Origin: Tubulanus polymorphus
Lineage: Eukaryota > Animalia > Nemertea
Direction: 5' to 3'
Assembly: GCF_964204645.1 (NCBI RefSeq)
Contig: NC_134025.1
Location: forward strand, 26,330,299-26,394,298
DNA: 64,000 bases
Under the pieces are notes generated by a model. That model was not told the origin of the DNA and did not search any database. It saw only the letters and a list, made by a program, of their open reading frames with translations. Of this stretch, positions 27,039 through 41,300 are shown one piece after another. How positions within the stretch are numbered: position 1 is the first letter of the stretch; the number at the start of each line of letters is the position of its first letter. Made by a program: the position numbers and the translations under genes.

Positions 27039-30000
27039 ATGCACACTTTTAGTTGTTATTTACAGCCAGACGTCGGGGTAAGTAATCAGTTAATTAAACG
27101 TAATCAAGCAAAAGCTGATCACATAACTTCCTACTCCAGAGAGTGATTAATTGGTACGTATTGATGAATGATCCTTTATGTTATATTAGAACATCAGTGA
27201 AATAACGAGCCACAAAATCTGCTAATCCTAGATCTTTTCAAATTGCGATGGGAATACGGAATTTATGACGATCCATGGAATACGCGTTACAGATATGCGT
27301 AGCGTGGATAATGGGTTTATAAATATTATAGGTCCCTAATACAATTATAAGGAAATAGGACTAGCTTCGTAAGTGGTCACCAGACCTAGATATACTAAGT
27401 CAGATTTATCGTATGTAGGTCTGACAGCAAAAATAGAATTTTGTGCATGTTTCTTGATCTCTGAGGGATTGAAATACCTATTATCTGCTCAATATTCAAC
27501 GAAGCAGTCCGTGGGATACCTATAAAATATATTCTATCACATTTCATTGATTTGTCCGGCGAATACATTCTTTTCAGTGTTTTTTTTAATCTGCGGCACC
27601 GCTTTAAGCAAGTGAATTATCCGATAGTGGTAGCCGATGATTCGGGCCATAAACTAAATTGGTTTTTTCGTCTTCCCTCAATCGCATTACAGCGTTGCAC
27701 AGGTCGCGTGTCGTGAATCAAATTTACAAATAGATAATTCAGATGGATGAAAATGTTCCGCCATGTCATGCTGCGTTGATGAAAAAGTCATTCTGCCTCA
27801 ATCACTTGGATTGAACATTTCTAGTTGGAATTCGAAACATATACGAATTACAAACCTAACAAGCGATGCTTCCGCATGCCCGGGGGTATAACCAATGGAT
27901 ATTATTATTCGTATTATGGGACTTATTTTGTCGACAGAGCGGCATCAATCATATTATTGAATAGTAATTTTGACATTGACACGTTCGTTCCATTTCAAAC
28001 TGCGAGCTAAGAATCTGCTAACGGATGTTGCAACGACTGCAACTCTCATAAAGTACACCATATTTTGTTTACTCAATTAGAATTAACTTTATGCAGTATG
28101 CTTGTTCAGCATGCATCTGGGATTCATTGGTTTTCATCAACTGCGGGTTTTCAAGTGAATGAATGTGGATATGTTCACTTACGTTTCAAATAGCTCGTTC
28201 ACTGTGTGGTGATATATCTTTGCAGGCTGATTTGGAGCAAATCCTTGACGACATGGAAAGAAACGATGAATACGGCAGGCAGAGTGTAGTAACAGAAACA
28301 CCTTTCGACGATAACGACGATGATGACATCGACAATATGCAAGAGATCGTTAGTTTAAACATCGGTGGAGTACGCCATGATGTTGGGCTAAATACGCTAC
28401 TTCGTTTTCCCCAGTCCAGATTGGGTAAAATGGCGTCCAAGTATAAAAAGCTCGATAGCGACAAACCGATATTTTACGATAGACATCCTCTCGTTTTTCT
28501 TACGGTGCTTGATTTCTACCGGACAGGTACGTACATGCTGTAGTACATGGTCTTTGTATGATATCATATTTAGAAGAGCCTCTAGAAGACATTAATGTTA
28601 TGAACATTAAATGCGTAATCTTAACTCAGTTTAAGTCAGGTCCCATCGGATAATGCGATAAATAATTCAGAATGCAGTTTATATATTTCAAGGGATTTCT
28701 TTCATTTCAAACGATTAATATTTAGATGACACTAATTATTGTTTACGGACTGAGTTTCCTTTCTTTTCACACGGAAACTTTACAACGACCGATCGAACGT
28801 TGGATGCATGTAAACCATATAAGCGAGCGCATTCACCCATTAGATTTTCCCTTAGTAATCAAATTATTTGGTAGAATGAGGAGGGAAGTATGTTTATGGC
28901 AGCGGCACATCGATTAATTTGGACAATTAACGAATTTAATTCGAGGAAAGTGTAGAAATATTCCAGATATTTCGTACGTAATTTGACTAGCTTATTCGGA
29001 AACTTACACATATTCGATTTTCAGCTACAGTATCTCTTCAGAAGGTGCATGTCTTCATGTAAATTCTCGTTTACACGTTCATAATTCATTGACAGCTCAT
29101 TGATTTTATGCTTATGAATATATTCTGAGCTTGACATCATCAGCCATCTACGTTAATTTATGGCCAAAATTTAGTCATTCCATTCTTCGTATTAAATTGC
29201 ATTTTACTTTCTCTTTGATCGTTATGTTATTAGCGAATATTCACATTATCCCTTTTTGTTATCGATGTTGAACAAGCATTATTTCACCTGCAGTAAATTA
29301 CGTTACAGGCAAAACCCATTTAGAACATTTTGCAGTTCTTTTGCAATATTAAGTCGTTTAATTACACAATAAATTGTACAGCTATGAGGTCGTCCAGGTT
29401 CCGTATTCCTCGTATATATACATTCTATGATTCTTAGAGAGAATCCATTAAATTTGGATAAAGACAGAACCACACTTCACGGGTAATCATTTCACATTAC
29501 CATCCCCACTGTCTTCAAGGGATGAATAAATGAAAAAGAAGACGATTATACTGTTGCAGTAATATCACTAGGGAGGGGGGGCATGAAAAATTAATCGCGC
29601 CTAATAACGTATCAACTGAAAATTAAGTCATGATGACACGCGACCCGTCGACGAGATGAAAGTAACTCGTGATCAGAGAGAAAAAGTTCAAAAGCATCCA
29701 TCCAGACACTAAAGCCGACACACATACATGTACAGCTAACGAACGCTGATAGTATATGTTAGTAGTATTATATACTTTCGATGTTGTAGTGTTCGTGGCC
29801 TTTTCATCTTCGTTTCTTCTCGATCGGATGATATTCAGGGGTGCACTTGGACATTTCTGGACATCGATTTTATGTTCTGTAGTTGAAGTTGATTTTCGAT
29901 TGGACCGCACTGACTGAGTCGAGTCGGTTTTTGAAGCTGTTTTTGCTAGCTGCCTCTACCACTTCACAAGGTCATCCATTCCAGTTGTTAATTATTCTGT

Positions 30001-32993
30001 TGGCGAAGTAGTGTCGTCTTTTGTTCGCTCTGCATCTTTGTTTATCTAATTTATTGATATTTTTGCGTCCCCAAGTTAACGTTATTTTAGAAGCAACCAT
30101 CACTCTAGACATAGGAGTATCGTTTTCAAGTGAATATTACATAAATTATGTCCGGATGAAGATGTTACTGCCAGCAATCATCCATGGAGTTCATTCTCTT
30201 GTAAGTTTGATCTGATATGGATAAGAATAGTTTGGTGTCATCCGCAAAACGTTCGACACAGGACAGTGCGCATCTGTTACAAATAAAATCACACCCAAAG
30301 ACTCCCATGGTAAACCATGACTGATACTGGCGTTGTAGACATATTGTATGTAGTGCATCCTTGGATGAAATTCGAAGGCAAAATTTTTTCAGCCGTTCGT
30401 CAGTGTGGTTGGAAGTTTTCGTAGAAGATTCATTATAGTAACTGCCCGAAATAAAACGTTGCAAAGAATTCCAATTCGCTATGCATGATTTGGGGAAGTT
30501 ATTTACGTCAGCCCCAGGACGAAGATAACGATTAATTAGATACGTATGTTTGAGAAGGTCCAAACGCCGGACAATGGTTGCATCACGCAATAAACCCATT
30601 CACACAGATTGCAATTGGCAACTGCCTCCCTTGTACATCAAGCCGATATTCGCAGGTCTACTCGTTAGGGTCCATAAATATGGGAAACCTTATCTCAGCA
30701 AATCCCCTAAATAACTATTGGTTTGGAATCTTAAATAACTACTGGTGACCTGATCCACTGTGTTAAAACATCTTTCTATGTATATATAGTGACTGGTGTT
30801 AGTCGAAGGATTTTATATTGATTATTTGATAAAATCTCCTCTCTGATTCCCAGGAAAATGTAATCTGGTGGTGCAATTTATACGAACGAACATTCCCATT
30901 TGTTCAGATAAGGCAGATGCAGAATATTCCCAGTATGCTTGTTAGAATTATCCTGTATTCAACTCAGGGTTTGGCTGATTCAGATCGAATTTGAAATACA
31001 GTTTTGAATGTAATCAATCTTTTTTTTCAGGAGAACTACATTATCCAATGACAGTGTGCGGTTCTGTAGTGAAACGAGAGTTAGAATTTTGGGGTATACC
31101 GTTTGGGAAGATGCAGGCGTGCTGCGTGACTAACTTCAGCGCATACGTGACTAGTTCTCGCATTCTGGTCGATACGTCAAAAACGGTGACCGATGATTTA
31201 CTTAGAAAATCGAAATCTGCAAAATCTTCGTGGAAACGCTTTCAGTACAAAACGACATATCTATTTGAAAATCCGACGTCATCAGTAGGAGCCTTAGTAC
31301 GTATATAATATAGCACGATCCACCTAAACCCAGTTCCTAGGTTTGTGAGAAATCATCTATTTTCGAACATTTAAACTATTTTTTACTGAGTCATTAACTC
31401 AGAACTTGGAATCGGGTTCTGATAAAACTACCGAAAAGATGCTACTATGTCATATCGTTATACATGGTACATTGCCTATGCTGATGGCTTTCTGCTCCAT
31501 CTACAGTCGTCTCGCTAATGATCAACCGTTTTCCTTTTTATGCTATAAGAAAATAAGCAGAGTTGGTTTTTTTGCATTGGAACTAGATTTATGGCGACGT
31601 CTCGTAATCGAAAAAACGCGAACGTACGAGATTGCTTTCGATGTTAATTCAATCAATTTTCACTTAGCTACATTTGATATAACGCGATTAAGCGAAAAAG
31701 GGCATTAACGGTTGTGTAAAAGGAGTTCTTTATATTTCATTTGTTTTAACGATCTCTAACGGTCTCATGTCAAAACTTCGATGTTACCGGTAGCTTAATT
31801 GTACCCTTAGTCTTCATTCATTGACTCTGAAAATCTTAAGGCCAGAAAAATGCTATTATAACGTGTGTGTTGATCTGTGAATAAAACCTTCGATATCAGC
31901 GTTTGTACCTCAACGCTACGGTTAAGGTTATATTGCTTATTTTTCGCTCAAAATCTCCCGAGATTCAACTGCATTGCTGTTTCATTTTTTCATTCAGATA
32001 TTGGCCGTGATATCTTCGATGGCGGTGCTGCTTTCGATAGTGACACTGTGTTTAGCGAGCATGGAACAATTTCAATTTAAAACAACGAATATAACAGCGA
32101 TCTGTCCAGAGAAGACGCTGGTTTCTGGTGACGAGGGACATAGCACGAATCTCGCCGAAGACTCGATATTAAGATACATCGATACTGGCTGCGCGATATT
32201 CTTTTCTATCGAGTTGTTCGTTCGATTTATTGCGGCTCCGAACAAACGACGTTTTCTATTGAATGTATTGACAATTATAGAAATTCTGGCACTGGTGCCG
32301 TCATACGTGCATATCATGCTACACATCTTAGGGGTAAAAATATTTTGTAAAAGCCAACGAATGATAGAATTCGTGCACGCCGTTTCAATTTTAAGGATGT
32401 TACGCGTTTTTCGCGCATTTCATCTTCTACGTCATTATGGCCCGTTTCACCTGCTCACTTACACGTTACACAATACCGTTAACGTCATTTTTATGCTGAG
32501 TGTTTTCGTTATCATAGCAGTGTTAGTTTTAGGAAATCTTATATATTTCATAGAAATGCCCCGAACAATAACTGTTGAAGGCGAAAACCCTTCTCAAATC
32601 AGGAACATACCCCAGGGATTCTGGTGGGCCATAGTAACCATGACGACGCTAGGGTATGGAGACAAAATTCCGAGCAGTGTTATCGGCTACTGCGTTGGTG
32701 GTTTAGCGTCCATTATCGGGGTGATTTTAATCTCTTTCATAGTCCCGATTCTCTCGAATACGTTCAACTTGGCTTACAATTTTCAACTGGCATCGGATAT
32801 CGTGTACAGTAACGATTCACCAATCGATAGAAACGTGATAGGCGAATGGGGTAAATGTTGCGGGATGGGTTGCGTAAAGGGGTCCTCAGACGATGACAAA
32901 CAATTTAATATTAATGGCTTAAATCAACATCATCCATTAGATGATGAACTAATCGAAGGACTGATGAATGTTGAACCCGAAACAAGCGTCTGA
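27039..32993 (+). CDS. Voltage-gated potassium channel subunit, Shaw/Kv3-like but divergent (possible regulatory subunit), ~511-533 aa
   Basis: Exons 28226-28526, 31031-31296 and 31998-32993 are GT-AG with phases 1 and 0. A possible first coding exon at 27039-27077 (MHTFSCYLQPDVG, GTAAGT donor) is in frame; otherwise the start is ATG 28253. The T1 domain shows LNIGG, FYDRHP and an HX5CX20CC Zn site (non-Shaker). S1-S6 are present, with pore FWWAIVTMTTLGYGD and C-terminal ETSV. Confidence 0.88.
29830..30290 (-). mobile_element. Decayed CR1/L2-clade non-LTR retrotransposon fragment in a Kv intron
   Basis: The minus strand gives the RT motif FADDTKLF (30225-30248), then WQ*HLHPD, then the typical ORF2 C-terminus NKRRHYFANRIINNWNG*PCEVVEAASKNSFKNRLD (29918-30025). 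In-frame stops and an internal deletion show it is dead. Boundaries are approximate. Confidence 0.8.
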
Positions 32994-33224
32994 TATTGAC
33001 TCGCGCAGGTCCAGTTCTAAAACACCACACAATGTTGATAGTTGTCACAGTTTCTTCTATTTGATATTTCTATATTGTTCTTACTTGTCTGTTGTTTTAG
33101 ATATCGAAATATGTTTGAAGTAATTCGTATCGATGTGTTTGAATAGAATTTCTATCATTTAATTAGAGTTTTAGTTGTCGAATAAACACTATAATCCGTG
33201 TATACTGTAGATAAATGAAGATAT

Positions 33225-33393
33225 CACTTCGAATTTAAAATTATACGATCAAATTTATTATTATGAAACCACAACTGTGTTTCGGCTGTTGACTAACAGC
33301 CATCATCAGGAGGAATGATGATGACTGTTAGTCAACAGCTGAACGTTGGTTTCATAATAAAATTTGATCGTATTTAATTTCAAATTCGAAGTG
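33225..33393. mobile_element. Palindromic Penelope-like (pLTR) remnant with hammerhead ribozyme motif
   Basis: An ~170-bp imperfect palindrome (CACTTCGAATTT...AAATTCGAAGTG). The minus strand of 33273-33309 reads CUGAUGA-UGGCUGUU-AGUC-AACAGCC-GAAAC-ACA-GUU; the mirror copy on + is mutated. Confidence 0.65.
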
Positions 33394-33739
33394 TGGGATT
33401 TCTTCATTATTTTATCTTGATTCAGTATATACCGGTACACTCAATTCCAATGAGGATTCAAAGGAAGTCAATGTTTTTGCCAGTGGAATCTATTCTTGTG
33501 CTATTTTGCCTAGGCCCCAGCTCGCAGGATTGCGGTTCTCTGCGTACGCTGCATCGTGATTTAAAGCCCGAAACCACCACCTTCTGTGTCCAGCAAATTT
33601 GCCCTATCGTTGGGTCTCTGCCAGATTATTTCTAAATAGGGTAAGCAAAGGCCGAATGGAAAATTATCAGTTATAGCCGGAGCGACCGTTCCACTGCCCT
33701 GATAGTTTTTCAGTTAGTACGAATAGAAATAAATTTATA

Positions 33740-33874
33740 TTTGATTGGTTAGCGGGAACCAGTCTCAACACTGAATTTAATTCTCAGATTTGCCGCAAAA
33801 TGTGGCGCTCTAGTACGGTGTATGAGACGTGGCCATTTCACTTCCGTTAAGTTCTCTGTTGATTTGTGTACAAA

Positions 33875-33892
<18 letters not shown>
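33740..33892 (+). promoter_or_regulatory. Sec61-beta promoter region
   Basis: ATTGG (CCAAT) near 33744, GACGTGGC 33826-33833, GCCAT/CTTCCG around 33832-33846, and GACGTGTC 33885-33892 in intron 1. Confidence 0.45.
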
Positions 33893-34942
<1,050 letters not shown>

Positions 34943-36013
34943 ACTAATGGACTTGTATTTGCATTTTGACAATAATATTGATAGTGGTCACAAGCACTCA
35001 CTATCTGTGGAATGAATAACGTGGTTGCAATCTAGAAGCAGTAAAATCATACTTGTAGTAGTATGTGGTTATAATTTTTTGGAGATTCCTATCGGAGCGT
35101 CCACAGCAATTGATTCCTTGATAAAATCCAAAATATTGTTTGATGTCTGGAATTTACAATATCATTTAATATAAACAACTTTAATATATGTATTATTTTA
35201 CTCAGGCTTTGTGTATTTGTTGTTACACTCATTTATTCTGTGATAGGATTGTATCGTCAGAAGTATATTGATAGAGGTTTGCATTTGGTTGGAGATCTAC
35301 TTACTCTTCTGGCTCAGCTATAAGATGGAAACTGTCGTTTTTCCTAACCACTTAGTGCGAAATCTATTCGTATGGTCGTGAAACTTTGAATGTACACAGA
35401 GTAGTAGTTTCCCATGGTCGAGAAAACAATGCCCTGAGTCCAATATCACCTGGATTCAAATCCCCAAAATGTCAGTAGATTTCTGAAGTTGGCAGTATAT
35501 GTGTTTGTACTGTCTCTCCAGTCATATCTACTGACTCGACTGTTGTGCGGGATGTTCGACTGCGACCCAGTTCATACCCTGTTAAGATTCGATCACAGCA
35601 AATTTTCTTCACCGAGTCATTTGAGCCATGGAACCAGCCACTCAGTACAGGTTTAACAAATTTCTGAATAAATATTCATCGTTAGGCATAGTAAGGATCC
35701 ACTTAGAGACGGGCATTTTAAGAAAGGACGAGTCATTCTCCAGGCTTCTACGAGGGGACATTGCTTGAAATCTAATTGGAAAGTTCAATCACTCTGGATT
35801 TTATTACGCTGACATTTATTTAAGTGCCTGTATTTTTACACAACCCATTGAAGACTGGTATTGCTAACATGCTGTCCCTCCCTAAAGACCAAGAAATGCA
35901 CTGAATAACATCTTACGATAATCAACATTTTATTTATTAAAAATAATACTGCAGGCAAATTTTAGCACCAAATTTAGTAGAAAGTTTACATTGATTTAAT
36001 TAAGGTATCAATT

Positions 36014-37665
<1,652 letters not shown>

Positions 37666-38289
37666 TTACAAAGATATATCTGTGAAACAAAAACGAAAAA
37701 CTGTGAATTTGTGGAATCAGTGGAGCGGAGCGAGCAAACCCGGAAGTAAACAGTGAAGTAGCCGTTCATTCCAAGCTCTGATAGCTTTATCTGTGGTTGT
37801 AAGTTGGGTTCGAAACCCGATTTTTCACATAGCGTACAGGGTAAAATATATGCGGAATTATCTATTATTTTCATTCGTTAGTTAACGCAAATCGTAAATT
37901 CCAAGAAATAAAAATATCGATATTTGATGAATCGCAATAGAATTTCATTCATTGATATACTCCAGCACACTCGCGTTGGCGTATTTTTTGGAGCGGGTAG
38001 TATTTTTTGGAGCGTGGAGAATTGGTTTTTGAACTCTTCTCGCGTAGCCGGTACCAAATACCGATCATAAATTAAAATGTAGTGGTATCGGTACGGAACG
38101 GGTATTGGTTATTGGGCCCTTGAGATTGTCGCGACTTAAAATTGCACTATTGTTTTTCTCTGATCAGGCATCATTACTCACAGAAGTTTCAGAAAGAACC
38201 GTATTACGAAAGAACCGTATTATGGAAGTCTGGGCATTTTTCGTACGTTCAATCATTTTAATGCTGAGCCAAGCAACCATCCATGGAGT

Positions 38290-38365
38290 CGTTAGAAATT
38301 ATTTGATTGTATGGGTATGGTCTTAGACAGGTCTTAAGTCTAAGCGATGACTATGGAACCGGCCT
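38290..38365. repeat. Probable MITE terminus remnant (GGCCGGTTCCATAGTC...CTTAGACTTAAGACCTGTCTAAGACC on the minus strand)
   Basis: Internally palindromic GTCTTAGAC/GTCTTAAGTCTAAG motifs end in a GGCC terminus within a patchwork of repeat-like sequence upstream of RBKS. Confidence 0.3.
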
Positions 38366-41300
38366 CAGAGGGTGGGTACTGGAAGGAGTCTGCGAGGATG
38401 ACACATTTGCTCGATACGCAATGTGCAACGTAAAATAAGCTGCGTTTTGCTACGAAATTGGTGAAATTTCAATTGATATCAAATTTTGATTTTTTTGGGC
38501 AAAATTATAAACATATACAGATTTTTTTCAGAAAAAACCATCTGTCGCTATGGCGTTTCAAAACATTTGATTTCAAACTTATGTTTGGTGGGCCTTCAGT
38601 TGTGGTATTAAAGGATTTAATTATGTTTTGTTATTAAATGCACACGAAGTTTAGAGGTATCTCGTTCGTTTGAACTTTTTTCACTTGGAGTGACATAACT
38701 AAAAATGAAAAAATAATTGAAAATTGAGAAAATTGGCCAAAAGCAAAATCGTTCCATTAGTTAGCAGATGATGAAGTATAGATCTGGCTAATTCATGCGT
38801 GCAACTCTCAGCGATACGAACATACCCAACGGGACTAAAGAAGCCTTCATCGGTGGTGCAAAGAGCGCGGAAAAGCGAAAATTTTCCTGTTAAAAATTCA
38901 TGCCCGTCGAAAGCTGTTTCGAATATCGCGTATTTAACTTACAAAACAACGGGTGTCGTTCTATTAGACATCAGATGATTTACTTTTTTGCAATCAATAA
39001 AACGGCCTTTGAGACGTTTTCAAAATCCCGTTGAAGTACAGTTCATGAAACGGACAAGCTAAGTATTTATAAATCCAAATAAAGCGAGCGAACGCGAGTT
39101 CAATACGAAAAAGCCCGGCTGTAATTGATAACGGGGGTTTTCTTTCATAATGTTATGCTGATGACTAATGATTACCAGTTTCGTATTGCGCATGTTTCGT
39201 GAACTCATCGGGATAGAACACTATTGTGAATAACGCCCGAACGAGTCCTGTCATAAAAACTGTAATTGTATATACCCGCGACATTGCTATTATATTTGCA
39301 AAGTGTATTTCTTTCTCAAAAGTCTCATGTTTTCCTTCCACTGAAAACCGATGTGAACAATTGTTCAGTTCAATTCAAATCTCGTTAACCTTTGGCGCGA
39401 AGGTTATCAAAGTGTATGAAGTGTAGCTTTTAGAGATGAATCTATATTAGGAAGATAACATAAAGAAAAAACCAAACTTAAATATGTGTTTGTGCCCGAG
39501 GGAGTAGCTGTAGGCGCATGGCCAAAATAATTCACGACGCAAATTTTGGACAGGTGGCCGTGGTTGAGGGTGGCTGTTTTGCAAGGGTTACGACCTATTG
39601 CCCATCGTCTTTATGCAAGGCAGACAAAGCTCAAGTTAGCGCAATATGCGACCAGTTAGCAGCAAGGCAAATTAACTGAAGTAAGGGTCCTTTGACATAA
39701 TGGTGACCCCATCATGACATATTTATAGCAAAAAATTGACAATGGTAGTTTTGTGTGGTGGTGATTGTATGTCCAGAAAATGACAATGGCCACGCGCACA
39801 CAACGTCACCTGGCCATACTCTCGTGTGAATTCATGATCAATTTATTTTTCTGCTATGCTTAAACACAAACGGGCAAGTACATAAGTATATTCAGCGTTT
39901 TGTCGTCGGTCAACGTATTTTTGTCCATCTGCCGGTTGTCGGTTAAGTACACAATTTGAATTCAGCAAAAAATCTATTTTTAGCTTTTTAGTGACGACAG
40001 AATAAAACTTCCACGCATTAAACACCGATCAAACGAAAAATACAATTTCAATATCATTAAAAAAAAATTCAAAAAATATGTATAATGGATATATGGACTT
40101 ATTTCTGAATTCGTTAAAGCAAACAACAAGACGTGCCGTTGATATTCTCAAATTCCTGAAGCGATCTTCACCAGTCGTATACGTACATTTATAACGGTGT
40201 ACTGTAGCTTTCTTTAAGCATTGTTGTAATATCTAATTCCCAAATCCGCTTATCATAGTTATGATATGCTTTAGTCGTCCAAAACGAATATAACACAATA
40301 TGACAGAAATTGTTGAAATGATGCCAATCGCTACAGTTACCAGGGATACATACCTGCAAGACGAATACCAAGCCCCGGGCCTATTCATTTCTTATTTTGA
40401 GTACACATTTAGTACTGGCCAAAACGATATTTCTCACCAAAGCACTCCAATCCTTTCAGCTCCAGCTTTTGTTTGATCAAACGTGAACGAATCCATTCAA
40501 ATCTATTTTTAAGATGATGAAAACTGAATAATAGAAGAAATTGACCCGTATTTGGACAATCAGGGGACACGTCAGAATGATCGAGCTGCATAATTCCTAC
40601 AATTGATGTCCGTCTGTGGGTGAAATGAAGCTTTTTGTGTCTCAAACATCACCGAGAAAGACATGTGGCAATATCGTCTGTGACAGACTGGCCTGGAGTT
40701 CATTTATTTCCGGGGATTATGACTAAAAACTTGACCTTGTTAGGCCATTCCTTAAATCACAGTGACCACAATCGAGACAATGACAAACCCGAATTGTTAA
40801 AAAATGTAGAGCAGATTCGGGTAAAGGTTTTGGCGTATATTCATCAAATATGTCAAATGACTCATACACATCATCCGAAATTAACCACCAAAGCTAAATT
40901 AACAATCGAAGCTACATGAACATGAGCGTCAGTTGGTTTAAATAAAGACGCATCCAAAAATAATCTATGAAATGAAAATGGCACATCCACAAAGACACTT
41001 GAAATCAATATATTTGAAAGCTATGATTAATCTCATTTCAAAATCAAATTTAATGACAGGCCGAATTTCTAGCCCCTACATCAAAGTACGTATAAGATTA
41101 ATATTCAAATGAGACAGGATATTGTTCCGACGCGTGTCATTTTATCCATCCATCTTTTGCGTCTTCATCTCAAGATAACCGAACCACTTCATAAATATAC
41201 ATATATATTCTCTTTGTGCATCTCGGACAATGGATTTTCTATTTTTTTTTTAAATTCTAACAAATAAAAACTACCTCGTATATCCCCAAGGCTGTGTCTG

